A stretch of 64,000 nucleotides of DNA from an uncultured Candidatus Saccharibacteria bacterium (GCA_964491925.1 CAZBGZ010000004.1:23529-87528), one strand, 5' to 3'; shown: positions 1 through 10,283, numbered from the stretch's first letter. Translations and numbers: made by a program. Notes: generated by a model from the letters alone, not told the origin.

Positions 1-85
1 TAGTTTTGACGCCAAGTCGATTAAGTTTTTTAGAGAGAACAACTCCAACGCCTTTCAAAGACTCAACAGAATCACTTAACTCCAT
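1..85 (-). CDS. RecG-like DNA helicase, first 28 codons only (gene runs off the left edge)
   Basis: Minus-strand translation from ATG at 83-85: MELSDSVESLKGVGVVLSKKLNRLGVKT. The L-x-GVG...L-x2-LG-x-x-T leader resembles RecG N-termini. Too short to be sure. Confidence 0.3.
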   Translation of the reverse strand, partial: MELSDSVESLKGVGVVLSKKLNRLGVKT

Positions 86-100
86 AACCAACATTATAGA

Positions 101-892
101 TTACTTAGCTTTGCGAACGAGAAAAAAGACACTAGGACCAAAGTGAGTCTTGGCAAGGGTGGGCTGTAAGAACTTCTCTATATGCAACATAACTGCGTGC
201 GGAACGACTTTTTTTAAGGTGGTAGACCGCAAGTTAGAGACTGATAAAACTTTATCTACTTTTAGCCCGGCGTGAGCCAGCTGTTTTACCACTGTTTTAG
301 GATTGTGATTAACAAAAGCTATCTCGTCCTTGCCTTTGTTTTTGGCGCTTCGGATATCGACTGGTTGTGTTGGTAGTTTTTTGCCACGAATATAGTACTT
401 GAACTTGTTCCTGGCATGTGCGAAATTGGCCATTTCAAGTATCAAAAAACCGTCATCTGATAAAACACGGGCAAATTCAGCAAATTCAGCTTTTGGGTCT
501 GGCAAGTGGTGCATGACCCTAATAACCGTAATTAAGTCTAATTCTCCATCATCGAACTTTAACTGATCAGCCTGCATTAGTTTAAGATCAACTTTTGGGT
601 GTTCTTTCAAAAAGTCTTTGCCGATATCCAGCTGTTGTTGGCTTGGTTCGGCCAATGTTACCTTGTCAGCGTATTTTTCCAACATTATGCACAGTCGGCC
701 ATAACCACCACCGATGTCTACTGCATGCCTAAAATGGCGACCTTTTAAGAAACGCCGAATAGCTATTTTCTCTGAAGCATTCTCGTAATCACGCCCTTCC
801 CAATATTGCAGGTAATTATGGTTGGGATCATTATATTGATCGGCTTTTTTCGTTGATTTTTTTATTTTTGATTTGCTAGTTTTTTTAGTCAT
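101..892 (-). CDS. class I SAM-dependent methyltransferase
   Basis: 263-aa ORF. Glycine-rich SAM motif I VDIGGGYGRL, acidic residue after beta-2 (LAEPS), Lys-rich N-terminal tail. Confidence 0.8.
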   Translation of the reverse strand: MTKKTSKSKIKKSTKKADQYNDPNHNYLQYWEGRDYENASEKIAIRRFLKGRHFRHAVDIGGGYGRLCIMLEKYADKVTLAEPSQQQLDIGKDFLKEHPKVDLKLMQADQLKFDDGELDLITVIRVMHHLPDPKAEFAEFARVLSDDGFLILEMANFAHARNKFKYYIRGKKLPTQPVDIRSAKNKGKDEIAFVNHNPKTVVKQLAHAGLKVDKVLSVSNLRSTTLKKVVPHAVMLHIEKFLQPTLAKTHFGPSVFFLVRKAK

Positions 893-914
893 AGGATTAA
901 AAGTATAGCACGGG

Positions 915-2138
915 CTATTTTTCTATAATAGCAAAGTTATTTTTTCCACGTTTAACTAAATTTTTGCCTTTTTTGAAATCATTCCAAGAACTATCTATCT
1001 TTGCTCCGTTAATCGATATGCTACGTGCCTCAATTAATCGTTTAGCTTCGCTATTTGATTCAGCTAGACCCGCGTTTACTAGAGACTGGACAAGGTTGCC
1101 TTTATACGAAGTAGTCGGCAATTCTTGTGCAAGTTTTGACTTTTCTGATTCTGATAGTTCTAGAAAATCAGCCTTGCCGAAGAGTACCTCAGTTGTGCGT
1201 ACGACACTATCAACTTCGTCTATGCCGTGCACTAGTTTTGTTACTTCGTATGCTAGCTTCTTTTGAGCTATACGAGTCGCTTTGTCCTCATTGAATTCTT
1301 TAATTATTTGATCGATTTCTGGCTTGGACAGCTCTGTGAACACCTTCAGGTATCCTTCAACACCCTCGTCGTCTACGTTTAACCAGAATTGGTAAAACTT
1401 ATAAACGCTTGTTTTGGACGAGTTCAGCCACACTGCACCATCTTCTGACTTTCCGAATTTCTTACCAGTCGCTTTATTGATAATAAGCGGCAAAGTAATA
1501 ACATGTACCTCTTTCCCACGTGCTCGACGAATAAGATCGACTCCACTTAAACAATTGCCCCATTGGTCTGACCCTCCTAGTTGCAAAGTCACGCCATAAT
1601 TATCATAAAGATGCAGGTAATCAAGCCCCTGTAATATTGTGTAGCTAAACTCGGCGTAACTAATTCCAGCCCCTTCTTCCCCGATTCTTTTTGCAATATA
1701 GTCACGCTGCACAAGGGGGGTCATACTGAAGTGCTTACCGATGTCTCTGAGGAATTCAATCACTGTCAACTTCTTCGTCCAGTCGAGGTTATTGACTAGT
1801 TCAAATTTTTCTCCGCGAAAAACCCGCTTTATTTCCTCGGTCGCGTTGGCTACGTTGAGAGCAATTGTTTCCTCATCTTGTAAGGTTCTCTCTTTGTCTT
1901 TGCCGCCGGGGTCGCCTATTAGACTGGTTGAACCTCCAGCAAGTAAAATTGCTTTATAGCCATGGCGAATGAAAATCTTGTCAAACATCATAGCAGCCAA
2001 GTTGCCGATTGTCTGCGAGTCTGCAGAAGCATCGAAGCCATGATAGAAAGTTCTTTTCTTTTTATCTAAATCGCTTAAATCATTAAACGTTGTTTGATTA
2101 ATAAATCCGCGCCACTGTAATTCTTCTGATAGTGTCAT
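915..2138 (-). CDS. tyrS: tyrosyl-tRNA synthetase
   Basis: 407 aa. YHGFDASADSQTIGNL (degenerate HIGH region), KFGKS (KMSKS), C-terminal S4-like domain (RLIEARSISINGAKI). Confidence 0.93.
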   Translation of the reverse strand: MTLSEELQWRGFINQTTFNDLSDLDKKKRTFYHGFDASADSQTIGNLAAMMFDKIFIRHGYKAILLAGGSTSLIGDPGGKDKERTLQDEETIALNVANATEEIKRVFRGEKFELVNNLDWTKKLTVIEFLRDIGKHFSMTPLVQRDYIAKRIGEEGAGISYAEFSYTILQGLDYLHLYDNYGVTLQLGGSDQWGNCLSGVDLIRRARGKEVHVITLPLIINKATGKKFGKSEDGAVWLNSSKTSVYKFYQFWLNVDDEGVEGYLKVFTELSKPEIDQIIKEFNEDKATRIAQKKLAYEVTKLVHGIDEVDSVVRTTEVLFGKADFLELSESEKSKLAQELPTTSYKGNLVQSLVNAGLAESNSEAKRLIEARSISINGAKIDSSWNDFKKGKNLVKRGKNNFAIIEK

Positions 2139-2338
2139 AGTTATAATAATTATACCCTAGTGATCACTGTACCAAAAATTAGACAAAAACAACCGTTTAC
2201 CTGCCCTACATCGGCCCCAGCACACTGACGAAATTATGCGTAATTAGTTTCTTTTCGCTTATGGAAAAAATAATGGCAAGTCTGCTGTTGTATTTGCTAT
2301 AATATAACCTACATCTTAATGGAGACAGTAATACTTAT

Positions 2339-5332
2339 ATGAGCAACCCTAGGCGTGGTTCACGCGTTACAAAAAATTCTTTCACAACCAAGAGTGGCTC
2401 TGTGGTCAAACTAAACCGAAGCCTAGGCGACAGAATGAAAATCCGCGGCGACCAAAAAGCTAGACGTAAAGCCGAACGCTTAAACGGTATGCCAAAAGGG
2501 CGTACACAACGCTTCTTTTATCGCCTAAATCCTAAGCGCATGTACCACTACTGGTTTAGCCGCGAAGGCGGAATAATGGCCCTAAAAATTATGGGCATAT
2601 GTTTCATTGCAGGATTTTTGTTTTTTGTTGGATTATTCGCATTTTTCCGAAAAGATTTACCTAACCTTCGTGATATCAGTGGCAATAATATCGGTGGTAG
2701 TATCAGATACTACGACAGAACTGGAAAAACCTTGTTATGGGAAGACTATGACGCAGTCAAGAGGATCCCGGTACAAGATAAAGAGATCACTCAGGACATG
2801 CGTGACGCAACAGTTGCTATTGAAGATAAAGACTTTTATAAACATGGTGGATTTGACCCGAAAGGCATCACAAGAGCAACTTGGAATAATGCTTTCGGCG
2901 GCAGTACACAGGGCGGGTCTACAATCACACAGCAACTAGTAAAGTTAACCCAAAACTGGACCCAGGAAAGAACCATTAGCAGAAAAGTTAAAGAACTAAT
3001 TTTAGCCGTAGAACTAGAACGAAGTTACTCTAAAGATGAAATTTTGACTGGCTATTTGAACACGGCGCCGTATGGTGGTATCGAATATGGCGTAGAGGCA
3101 GCCTCTCGAGATTACTTTAATAAATCTGCAAAAAAACTAACCCTCGCCGAGGCGTCGATGTTGGCCGCAATTCCAAAATCACCAACGTTGCTATCACCTT
3201 ATAGTCCTAGCTTTAATAAACAAGCATTTCTTGGAAGACAGCACTACATCCTGGATCAGATGCAACACCAAGGAATGATCACAGAAAAAGAACGTGATGC
3301 TGCTAAAAAAGTTGATGTAGTCAAGAGCGTGAAGCCTAGACAGGCTAAATATAGCGGCATAAAAGCTCCTTGGTTTGTGATTACGGCCAAAGAACAATTA
3401 GAGAATCAGTTCGGTGCAAAAGTAGTTGCCAGAGGCGGTTGGCGAGTCACGACTACCTTAGACATAAAATTACAAGAGGAAGCAGAAAAACAGGTCAAAG
3501 CCGGTATCAACCAAGTTTATGCGCAGGGTGGTGACACCGCCGCCTTTGCTGCCGAAGACGTACCCACGGGTCAAATGGTGGCCTTGGTTGGTGGTGTAGA
3601 TTTCGGGAACAAAGAGTTTGGGCAGAATAATTACGCCAGATACAAGCTGCCTCCTGGGTCTAGCTTTAAACCCTATGATTATGTGTCACTGATTAACAGC
3701 AAAAATAATTTTGGCGCAGGTTCGGTCCTATACGACTCTCAGGGCCCACTAGAAGGCTACCCATGTACCCAGAAAGGCTTGCCACCACCAAGAGGCAATG
3801 GTAACTGTCTACAAGACTATGACTTTAGATATCCGGGAGCTATGACCGTTCGTTATGCCCTAGGAGGCTCTAGAAACGTACCTGCCATGAAAGCAATGCT
3901 TTTAACTGGCGTGGATAAGACAATAGAAACAGCTGAACGGCTCGGGCTAAAAAGTGGCTATAATTGTTATCAAGACGACGCATTAACAAAAGAAGGGCCT
4001 TGTTATGCTTCTTCATCTATTGGTGATGGTGCATATTTAAAACTAGACGAGCACGTACATGCTCAAAGTTCACTATCAAGAAATGGTTTGAACATACCCC
4101 AAACCTACATCTTAAAAATAGATGACTCCAATGATAAACCAGTCTATCAATGGAAAAAAGAAAAAGGCGACCAGGCAGTTCGTCCAGATGCTGCGTATAT
4201 TATCAATAATATTTTGTCTGATCCCAACGCCAGCTACTTCCCTGCAGGACGAAAGCCTCAAAGATTTGGTGACTGGAAGTTCGCCATGAAAACCGGAACG
4301 ACAAACGACGGCAAAGACGGTTGGATGACAGGATATTCAACAAAATACGCTGCCAGTGTCTGGGTCGGATACCACAACCGTAGGGTCCAAATGAGTGGCA
4401 CGATGGAAAACATGACTCAGCCCATTTGGCAGGGCTGGATGCAATCAGCACACACCGGCAAACCAGCCAAAGACTGGGTAAAGCCTAGTGGAGTTAAAAC
4501 AGCACCTGCTTACGTAATTAGAACTCATGTGGGTATCGGTTCCGTAGAGCCTAGCCCAAGCACCGATCTATACCCATCTTGGTACACGAACACTAAGAAA
4601 AAATCCACATCTAAGAAGACGATTGACAAAGTATCTAACAAACTCGCTACTAGTTGTACGCCACAAAGAGCCAGAAAAACACTCAGCGAAACTGATGCCT
4701 CTAGTTTCTCGGGAGACACATTCGTTGATGCCGGCGGCAATAACTCCAATCAGCAAGATGACGTACATAAATGTAGTGACAAAAAACCGAGTATTAGTTT
4801 GTCTGTTCAAAAATCGGGTAGTTCCTACAATTTGGTTGCAACAGTCAGCCAAGGAACTCACCCACTTTCTAGCACTAAATTCAAAGGAACGGTAACATTT
4901 GTTGTTGACGGAAAAGAAATCGCAGGCGGATCGTATAACATTAACAGTCCAGGCACCGTAACTTACAAGAACTACAAGCCTAACTTCTCGGGAACAAAAA
5001 CAGCAACAGCTACGATCGTAGATAGCGTTCTGTACGATGATAGCGACTCTAAAAGTATTACAGGGTCTGGTTCATCATCTAGCGCCTCATCCATTAGCAA
5101 CTTCCGAACAACCAACGAAAGCTCAAACACGATCACCCTAGCATGGAATGCTTACTCTGGCGCAACCGGATATACTTTAACAATAGTATCAGGTGGCAGT
5201 GGGTCATGTACTTCTTCGGGCACGAATGGGGTATGTACCGGTCTAACTAGTAGCACAAACTACAGCTTCAAAGTTAAAGCCAACGGTGTTAGCGGCAATC
5301 CATCGGCAACCACCTCAGGCACAACGGACTAG
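2339..5332 (+). CDS. class A penicillin-binding protein (GT51 glycosyltransferase + transpeptidase) with C-terminal Ig/FN3-like repeats
   Basis: 997 aa. GT51 motifs EDKDFYKHGGFD and GGSTITQQL. Transpeptidase SSFKP (SxxK), SRN, KTGTT. TM helix after an ~80-aa basic tail. FN3-like end (ITLAWNAYSGATGYTL...YSFKVKA). Confidence 0.92.
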   Translation: MSNPRRGSRVTKNSFTTKSGSVVKLNRSLGDRMKIRGDQKARRKAERLNGMPKGRTQRFFYRLNPKRMYHYWFSREGGIMALKIMGICFIAGFLFFVGLFAFFRKDLPNLRDISGNNIGGSIRYYDRTGKTLLWEDYDAVKRIPVQDKEITQDMRDATVAIEDKDFYKHGGFDPKGITRATWNNAFGGSTQGGSTITQQLVKLTQNWTQERTISRKVKELILAVELERSYSKDEILTGYLNTAPYGGIEYGVEAASRDYFNKSAKKLTLAEASMLAAIPKSPTLLSPYSPSFNKQAFLGRQHYILDQMQHQGMITEKERDAAKKVDVVKSVKPRQAKYSGIKAPWFVITAKEQLENQFGAKVVARGGWRVTTTLDIKLQEEAEKQVKAGINQVYAQGGDTAAFAAEDVPTGQMVALVGGVDFGNKEFGQNNYARYKLPPGSSFKPYDYVSLINSKNNFGAGSVLYDSQGPLEGYPCTQKGLPPPRGNGNCLQDYDFRYPGAMTVRYALGGSRNVPAMKAMLLTGVDKTIETAERLGLKSGYNCYQDDALTKEGPCYASSSIGDGAYLKLDEHVHAQSSLSRNGLNIPQTYILKIDDSNDKPVYQWKKEKGDQAVRPDAAYIINNILSDPNASYFPAGRKPQRFGDWKFAMKTGTTNDGKDGWMTGYSTKYAASVWVGYHNRRVQMSGTMENMTQPIWQGWMQSAHTGKPAKDWVKPSGVKTAPAYVIRTHVGIGSVEPSPSTDLYPSWYTNTKKKSTSKKTIDKVSNKLATSCTPQRARKTLSETDASSFSGDTFVDAGGNNSNQQDDVHKCSDKKPSISLSVQKSGSSYNLVATVSQGTHPLSSTKFKGTVTFVVDGKEIAGGSYNINSPGTVTYKNYKPNFSGTKTATATIVDSVLYDDSDSKSITGSGSSSSASSISNFRTTNESSNTITLAWNAYSGATGYTLTIVSGGSGSCTSSGTNGVCTGLTSSTNYSFKVKANGVSGNPSATTSGTTD

Positions 5333-5348
5333 CAAATTAATATGATTC

Positions 5349-6692
5349 TCAAGTCTCCAAAAACGTATTAAGAGCCGTTCGAATGTCTTTTGCTGGAAAC
5401 AGTAGCTTTTCTTTCTTTTTAGAATCTCGTGGCCTAGGGCCTATAACAACTTCGAACCCCATCTTCTTTGCCTCTGTAATCCGTTTTTCTATGTAGGGTG
5501 CATGCCTAATTTCGCCAGATAATCCGACCTCACCAAAGACTACAGCGTTTTGTTTTAATTTTAATCCCTTGCTAGCCGACCCTATAGCCATACAAATAGC
5601 TAGGTCTGCCGCCGGTTCGGTGACACGAATGCCACCGACAATGTTTATGTATATATCTTTGTCCGAGAGATTTAGCTTTGTTCGTCGTTCTAACATTGCG
5701 ATTAATAGATTCAAACGGTTAATATCAATGCCGCTTGCCGTCCGTTTAGGGTACCCGTAGCTTGTTTTATTGACCAAGGCCTGTACCTCTACCAAAATCG
5801 GTCTACTGCCCTCCATAGTAGCCAGCACGACCGAACCATCAGTCACTTGTCTCTCTGCCAATAATGCCTTTGATGGATTGTCTACTATCTTTAGTCCCTC
5901 GTCGGCCATCTCTAAGATTGCTACTTCATTAGTTGATCCGAAACGATTCTTGACCCCCCGCAAAATTTTAAACCCGCCATAACGGTCTCCTTCTAGCTGT
6001 AAAACGACATCTACGATATGTTCCAGAAGCTTAGGGCCAGCAATTGATCCTTCTTTCGTCACATGCCCGACTAAAATCAGTGCGGTGTTGGACTCTTTGG
6101 CTGCTTGCATTAGCATTGTTGTACAGCTAGTTATTTGGCTGACCGAGCCGGCAGAACTAGTTAACCTATCGGTAGCTATGGTCTGGATAGAATCGACGAC
6201 CACTGCATCATACTCATTGCCAGAAATACTGGCTTCAATGTCTTCAACTCTTGTGCTAGCAGCCAATTGCAGGTTGGTATTAGTCGAGCTGAGACGTTTG
6301 GCTCTTAAACCAATCTGATGAACGGATTCTTCGCCACTGATGTATAGAACTTTTTTAGTTTTAGCAACGGCATTTGCTAGTTGCAACAAAAGCGTGCTTT
6401 TCCCAATTCCAGGTTCTCCTGCCAATAACATTACGCTACCAGGGACTATTCCGCCACCGAGAACGGTATCAATATCGGTAATTTCACTGGGCATTCGTTT
6501 TTCATTACTTCTAGCGGCTTTGTCGCTGGTTATCGGACTCAGTTTTTTGCCAGTTGTGCCCGTCCTGACACTGGTTGACGTAATTACTTCTTCTAGAGTG
6601 TTCCACTCGCCACATGTTTGGCATTTTCCGCCCCAAGTAATAGACTCGGCGCCACAATTGCTACAAACATATTTTTTTTGACTTTTAGCCAT
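5349..6692 (-). CDS. radA: DNA repair protein RadA
   Basis: 447 aa. N-terminal Zn finger CSNCGAE...CQTCGEWNT, Walker A GEPGIGKST, KNRFG motif, Lon-like C-terminal domain. Confidence 0.95.
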   Translation of the reverse strand: MAKSQKKYVCSNCGAESITWGGKCQTCGEWNTLEEVITSTSVRTGTTGKKLSPITSDKAARSNEKRMPSEITDIDTVLGGGIVPGSVMLLAGEPGIGKSTLLLQLANAVAKTKKVLYISGEESVHQIGLRAKRLSSTNTNLQLAASTRVEDIEASISGNEYDAVVVDSIQTIATDRLTSSAGSVSQITSCTTMLMQAAKESNTALILVGHVTKEGSIAGPKLLEHIVDVVLQLEGDRYGGFKILRGVKNRFGSTNEVAILEMADEGLKIVDNPSKALLAERQVTDGSVVLATMEGSRPILVEVQALVNKTSYGYPKRTASGIDINRLNLLIAMLERRTKLNLSDKDIYINIVGGIRVTEPAADLAICMAIGSASKGLKLKQNAVVFGEVGLSGEIRHAPYIEKRITEAKKMGFEVVIGPRPRDSKKKEKLLFPAKDIRTALNTFLET

Positions 6693-6715
6693 AATACTAA
6701 ACAGTATACTCGACT

Positions 6716-7693
6716 TTACAGCGACTGTGGCCGGCTATCGATAGCTTTTGCTAACTCTTGAGCTTCTAGTGCTATTTCGTTGCGCTTGGACACAAGTTCG
6801 TTATGCCTGGCTATTAAACCTTTCGTCATACTAACAAGCTCATTATATTCACCAACTGACTGATTAAATGTAGAAACTCGGCTGTTAAATTCGCTCGGTT
6901 CTGCCGAGGACCTCAATTTTTCTAGCTCTGTCTGTTCTTGTCGGAGTACAACCACTTTTTTATTCATAATAGTCTCGTTTGACTCAATTTCTTCTTTTAA
7001 TGCTTTTAGTTGCAGATCATATTGATCAACTGCAATCCGTCGTTTTGTAAACTCTGATTCGTATTGCTCTGAAAATGACACAACGTTTTCACGATCACTA
7101 AAGTAACGGCTATAATACGCCTCCAAATCTGGTGACAGATCTCTTGATTCTGTTCCCAGAATAGAATGCAGCTCGTTTGGTACTACACTAGGGTCCTGTT
7201 TTTTATACTGCTCTATTGTTTCAGACAATCGCTTATCTTTGTTTTTCTTGTATTCGTTCGCGAGCATTTTATCAACCCGCTCTCTATCGCTAGGATTTAA
7301 CCTTTCGTAAGCGACATGAAGCATTTCGTGTGCGGCTGTGACCTCCAGAACACCATCTAATCGACTGTCTTTGATGTTATACAAGTAAATGTCTCCGTAT
7401 ACTCCACGATTACTGACGTAGCATCCCAGAATTATTGATAATTCGTTAAAGTTACAGTATTTATTGAACTCTGACTTACCGTAAATGTTCGGATGTGAAA
7501 CATAGAACAGCTTCTTACCTTCGTCTGTCATTGTGGTACGTTTAGCCAGTCCTGCAACAGATGCGGGGGCAGAATAATCTCGTAACCTATACCAGTCCGA
7601 TATGTCCTGGCGAAAGAGCAAGCCAGCGGCTATAACCAACATAGTCACCAGAGGCAGAACATACCTAAAACGTCTCGTGGAACTATTTTCCAT
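6716..7693 (-). CDS. membrane-anchored HExxH protein (putative Zn metalloprotease fold) with C-terminal coiled coil
   Basis: The ORF track starts at GTG 7699. I prefer ATG 7693 (MENSSTRRF...) because TATAAT lies 7 nt upstream. One N-terminal TM helix, AAHEMLHVAYE (HExxH), heptad-like Glu/Lys-rich tail. Confidence 0.6.
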   Translation of the reverse strand: MENSSTRRFRYVLPLVTMLVIAAGLLFRQDISDWYRLRDYSAPASVAGLAKRTTMTDEGKKLFYVSHPNIYGKSEFNKYCNFNELSIILGCYVSNRGVYGDIYLYNIKDSRLDGVLEVTAAHEMLHVAYERLNPSDRERVDKMLANEYKKNKDKRLSETIEQYKKQDPSVVPNELHSILGTESRDLSPDLEAYYSRYFSDRENVVSFSEQYESEFTKRRIAVDQYDLQLKALKEEIESNETIMNKKVVVLRQEQTELEKLRSSAEPSEFNSRVSTFNQSVGEYNELVSMTKGLIARHNELVSKRNEIALEAQELAKAIDSRPQSL

Positions 7694-7726
7694 AACCACT
7701 ATTATATCTGTATTAGGACAAACTGA

Positions 7727-10207
7727 CTATTCAGTAACGACAGCGTAGTTCAGATTTTTCTTTTTGGCTGACACTTCTATGATGTCGCCTTTTCTATAGC
7801 TTTCTTTTAACAACTCGTCAGAGATGTAATCTTCGAGCGTATCTTGGAGTAATCTTCGCATGGGTCGAACACCATTCAGTGAGTCGTATCCATTTTCTAG
7901 CATGTACTGTTTTGCTGCTGTTGTAAGCTTGATGCCGAGGCCGTGCTTTACTAGCCTATCTTTCAGCTCTTGAACTTGTAAATCCAAAATTTTTAAAATG
8001 TCGTTTTTGGTTAATGCTCGGAAAACTATGGTTTTATCTATTCGGTTAATTAGCTCTGGTCGCAGTAGTTTTTTTAGCTCTTCGTGCACTTTATCTTTGT
8101 TAATCTCGTGCAATTTGTCCAAATCTTTCAGGTCTTTGCTGTCGGTGGCAGAAAAGCCCAGATTGACTTCTTTTTGCAAGCGGTCTGCACCAATGTTACT
8201 GGTCATTATCACGATAGTGTTGGTAAAGTCGATTTTTCGTCCCTTTGCATCAGTTAAATGTCCGTCTTCTAAAATTTGCAGCAGCACGTTGAAAACTTCT
8301 GGATGAGCTTTTTCTATTTCGTCGAATAAAACTAAACTGTGTGGTTGGCGTCGAATCTTGTCTGTCAATTGGCCTCCGTCATCATAGCCAACATAGCCTG
8401 CGGGCGCACCAACTAGTCTGGCAACATTGTGGTGTTCGCTGAATTCACTCATGTCTATTTTTACTAATGAATCTTCTGACCCATAGAATTCTCTAGCCAA
8501 AACCCTGGCCAGCTCGGTTTTCCCAACGCCTGTAGGTCCCAGGAATACGAATGACCCGACTGGTCGTTTGCCACTTCCGACACCAGACCTACTGCGTCGC
8601 ACTGCCTTAGCTACAGCTGAAACAGCCTCGTCTTGTCCAATCACATACTTGGAAAGTGTTTTTTCTAGATTGATTAGATATTTTGCCTCTGCTCGAATAA
8701 CTTTCTTAACTGGTACACCGGTCATTCTCGCTACTGTTTCAGCGACATCGTCGGTTTGCATGACTATTTTTTTGGCCTTTTTTTCTTCTGCTTGTAGTTT
8801 TTTAAGCTCTTCATGTATCTGACTAGTTCGCTGTTTGTGTTTTGCAGCCAAAGCGTAGTCTTCTTTATCGACCGCATCTTCTGTACGAACTTCTACCAAT
8901 TTTAATTCCTTTTGGAGTTTTCTGACTTCTGGTGGAGTACGCCCCTTATCCAGCCTTAAGTGTGCTGCTGTTTCGTCAATTAAATCTATTGCTTTGTCTG
9001 GCATAAAACGATCATTGATATAACGCTTTGCTAGCGCAACCGTATCTTCGATGATCTCGTCACTGATAGTCACGCCATGAAAACTCTCGTAATGCTTCCT
9101 AAGGCCTTTTAGAATAGCTATCGTTTCAGTAATGTTTGTTTCTGGCACTTGGACAGGCTGTAACCTACGCTCCAGTGCTGCATCTTTTTCGATGTGTTTT
9201 GTGTATTCATTAGTTGTTGTTGCGCCGATTAGTTGGATTTTACCCCTAGCAAGAGCAGGCTTTAAGATATTACCAGCGTCCATTGACCCTTCGGCCGCGC
9301 CAGCCCCAACAATTAGGTGTAGCTCGTCGATGAAAATAATAATATTATTACTACTTTCAAGTTCTGCCATAACTTTCTTTAAACGTTCCTCAAACTCACC
9401 GCGGTACTTAGTGCCGGCTATCATGCCGGCAAGATCCAACATCATAATTCTCTTGTCAAGTAGCGCGTCAGGGACGTCTTCGTTCACTATTCTTTGCGCC
9501 AAACCTTCCACGATTGCGGTTTTTCCTACACCTGGCTCACCAATTAGTACTGGATTATTTTTTGTTCTACGGTTCAAAATTGTGATTACGCGTCGAATCT
9601 GGGCTTCGCGTCCAACGACAGGGTCTAATTTGTTATCTCTGGCTAATACAGTCAGATCCGTGCCAAAAAAGTCTAGGGCTGTTTTTTTGGTCTTTTTGGT
9701 ACGTTTTTTTGCCGCGCCGTTGCTTGACCCGCCTTCTTCGTATTGTTGGCGATTCAAGAACTGTTCTAGTTCAGTGTTGATAGCATCGATACTAACACTC
9801 ATATCTCGGAGTAGAACGGTAGCACGGGCATTCTTTTGGCTGAGGATACTGTATAAAATATGCTCTGTTCCGCAAAACTCCTGGTTGAATTCTTGTGCAA
9901 TATCGTAGGCCATTTTTAGAGTCAATTTGGCTGTCTCAGACAATCCTTTGGCGCCCATGTTTATAACAATTGTCTTAGGGTTGAGGTTTAGTGCCAACCT
10001 TGCTTTATCTAATGTTATGCCAGCGTCAGTCAAAACTTTTGCTCCAATAGAGCCTTCTTGCGCTAATACACCTAGCAACAGGTGCTCTGTTCCAACAAAC
10101 GGGCTGCCAGCAGTACGTGCGATAGCATCCGCATGCCGTAGTGACTGTAATGCGTTTTCAGTTAGGTGATTCAAGAACTCTTGGAAATCTGCGTTATTTG
10201 GCATCAT
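7727..10207 (-). CDS. clpC: ATP-dependent Clp protease ATP-binding subunit ClpC (class I AAA+)
   Basis: 826 aa. Duplicated Clp-N repeat, Walker A GEPGVGKT and GPTGVGKT, short middle domain (ClpC rather than ClpB). Confidence 0.92.
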   Translation of the reverse strand: MMPNNADFQEFLNHLTENALQSLRHADAIARTAGSPFVGTEHLLLGVLAQEGSIGAKVLTDAGITLDKARLALNLNPKTIVINMGAKGLSETAKLTLKMAYDIAQEFNQEFCGTEHILYSILSQKNARATVLLRDMSVSIDAINTELEQFLNRQQYEEGGSSNGAAKKRTKKTKKTALDFFGTDLTVLARDNKLDPVVGREAQIRRVITILNRRTKNNPVLIGEPGVGKTAIVEGLAQRIVNEDVPDALLDKRIMMLDLAGMIAGTKYRGEFEERLKKVMAELESSNNIIIFIDELHLIVGAGAAEGSMDAGNILKPALARGKIQLIGATTTNEYTKHIEKDAALERRLQPVQVPETNITETIAILKGLRKHYESFHGVTISDEIIEDTVALAKRYINDRFMPDKAIDLIDETAAHLRLDKGRTPPEVRKLQKELKLVEVRTEDAVDKEDYALAAKHKQRTSQIHEELKKLQAEEKKAKKIVMQTDDVAETVARMTGVPVKKVIRAEAKYLINLEKTLSKYVIGQDEAVSAVAKAVRRSRSGVGSGKRPVGSFVFLGPTGVGKTELARVLAREFYGSEDSLVKIDMSEFSEHHNVARLVGAPAGYVGYDDGGQLTDKIRRQPHSLVLFDEIEKAHPEVFNVLLQILEDGHLTDAKGRKIDFTNTIVIMTSNIGADRLQKEVNLGFSATDSKDLKDLDKLHEINKDKVHEELKKLLRPELINRIDKTIVFRALTKNDILKILDLQVQELKDRLVKHGLGIKLTTAAKQYMLENGYDSLNGVRPMRRLLQDTLEDYISDELLKESYRKGDIIEVSAKKKNLNYAVVTE

Positions 10208-10255
10208 ATTGGTATTTTACCCCTTAATGGCGATTTTATATATCGTACGAATAAC

Positions 10256-10283
10256 ATTATCAAATTTGGCACTCCCATGTCAA
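10256..10283 (-). promoter_or_regulatory. sigma-70-type promoter for clpC (TTGACA-16-GATAAT)
   Basis: Minus strand: TTGACA (rc of 10278-10283), 16-nt spacer, GATAAT (rc of 10256-10261). About 48-nt leader with AAGGGG Shine-Dalgarno before ATG 10207. Confidence 0.5.

Noticed and set aside
2139-2338. Possible T-box leader upstream of tyrS, since a 200-nt gap precedes an aminoacyl-tRNA synthetase gene.
   Set aside because: On the minus strand I find no T-box sequence (AATTAGGGTGGTACCGCG-like), no specifier or antiterminator arrangement. A TATAAT lies only 10 nt from the ATG. The gap is better explained by divergent promoters for tyrS and the PBP gene.
9132-9908. 258-aa plus-strand ORF inside clpC. 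Similar long antisense ORFs occur at 6340-6681 in radA, 41141-41776 in transketolase, 30309-30785 over gatB, and 43834-44253 over the kinase.
   Set aside because: All lie fully within strongly supported genes on the opposite strand. Their translations are low-complexity (Ser/Ile/Phe/Cys-rich). They lack a Shine-Dalgarno or promoter. I treat them as shadow ORFs.
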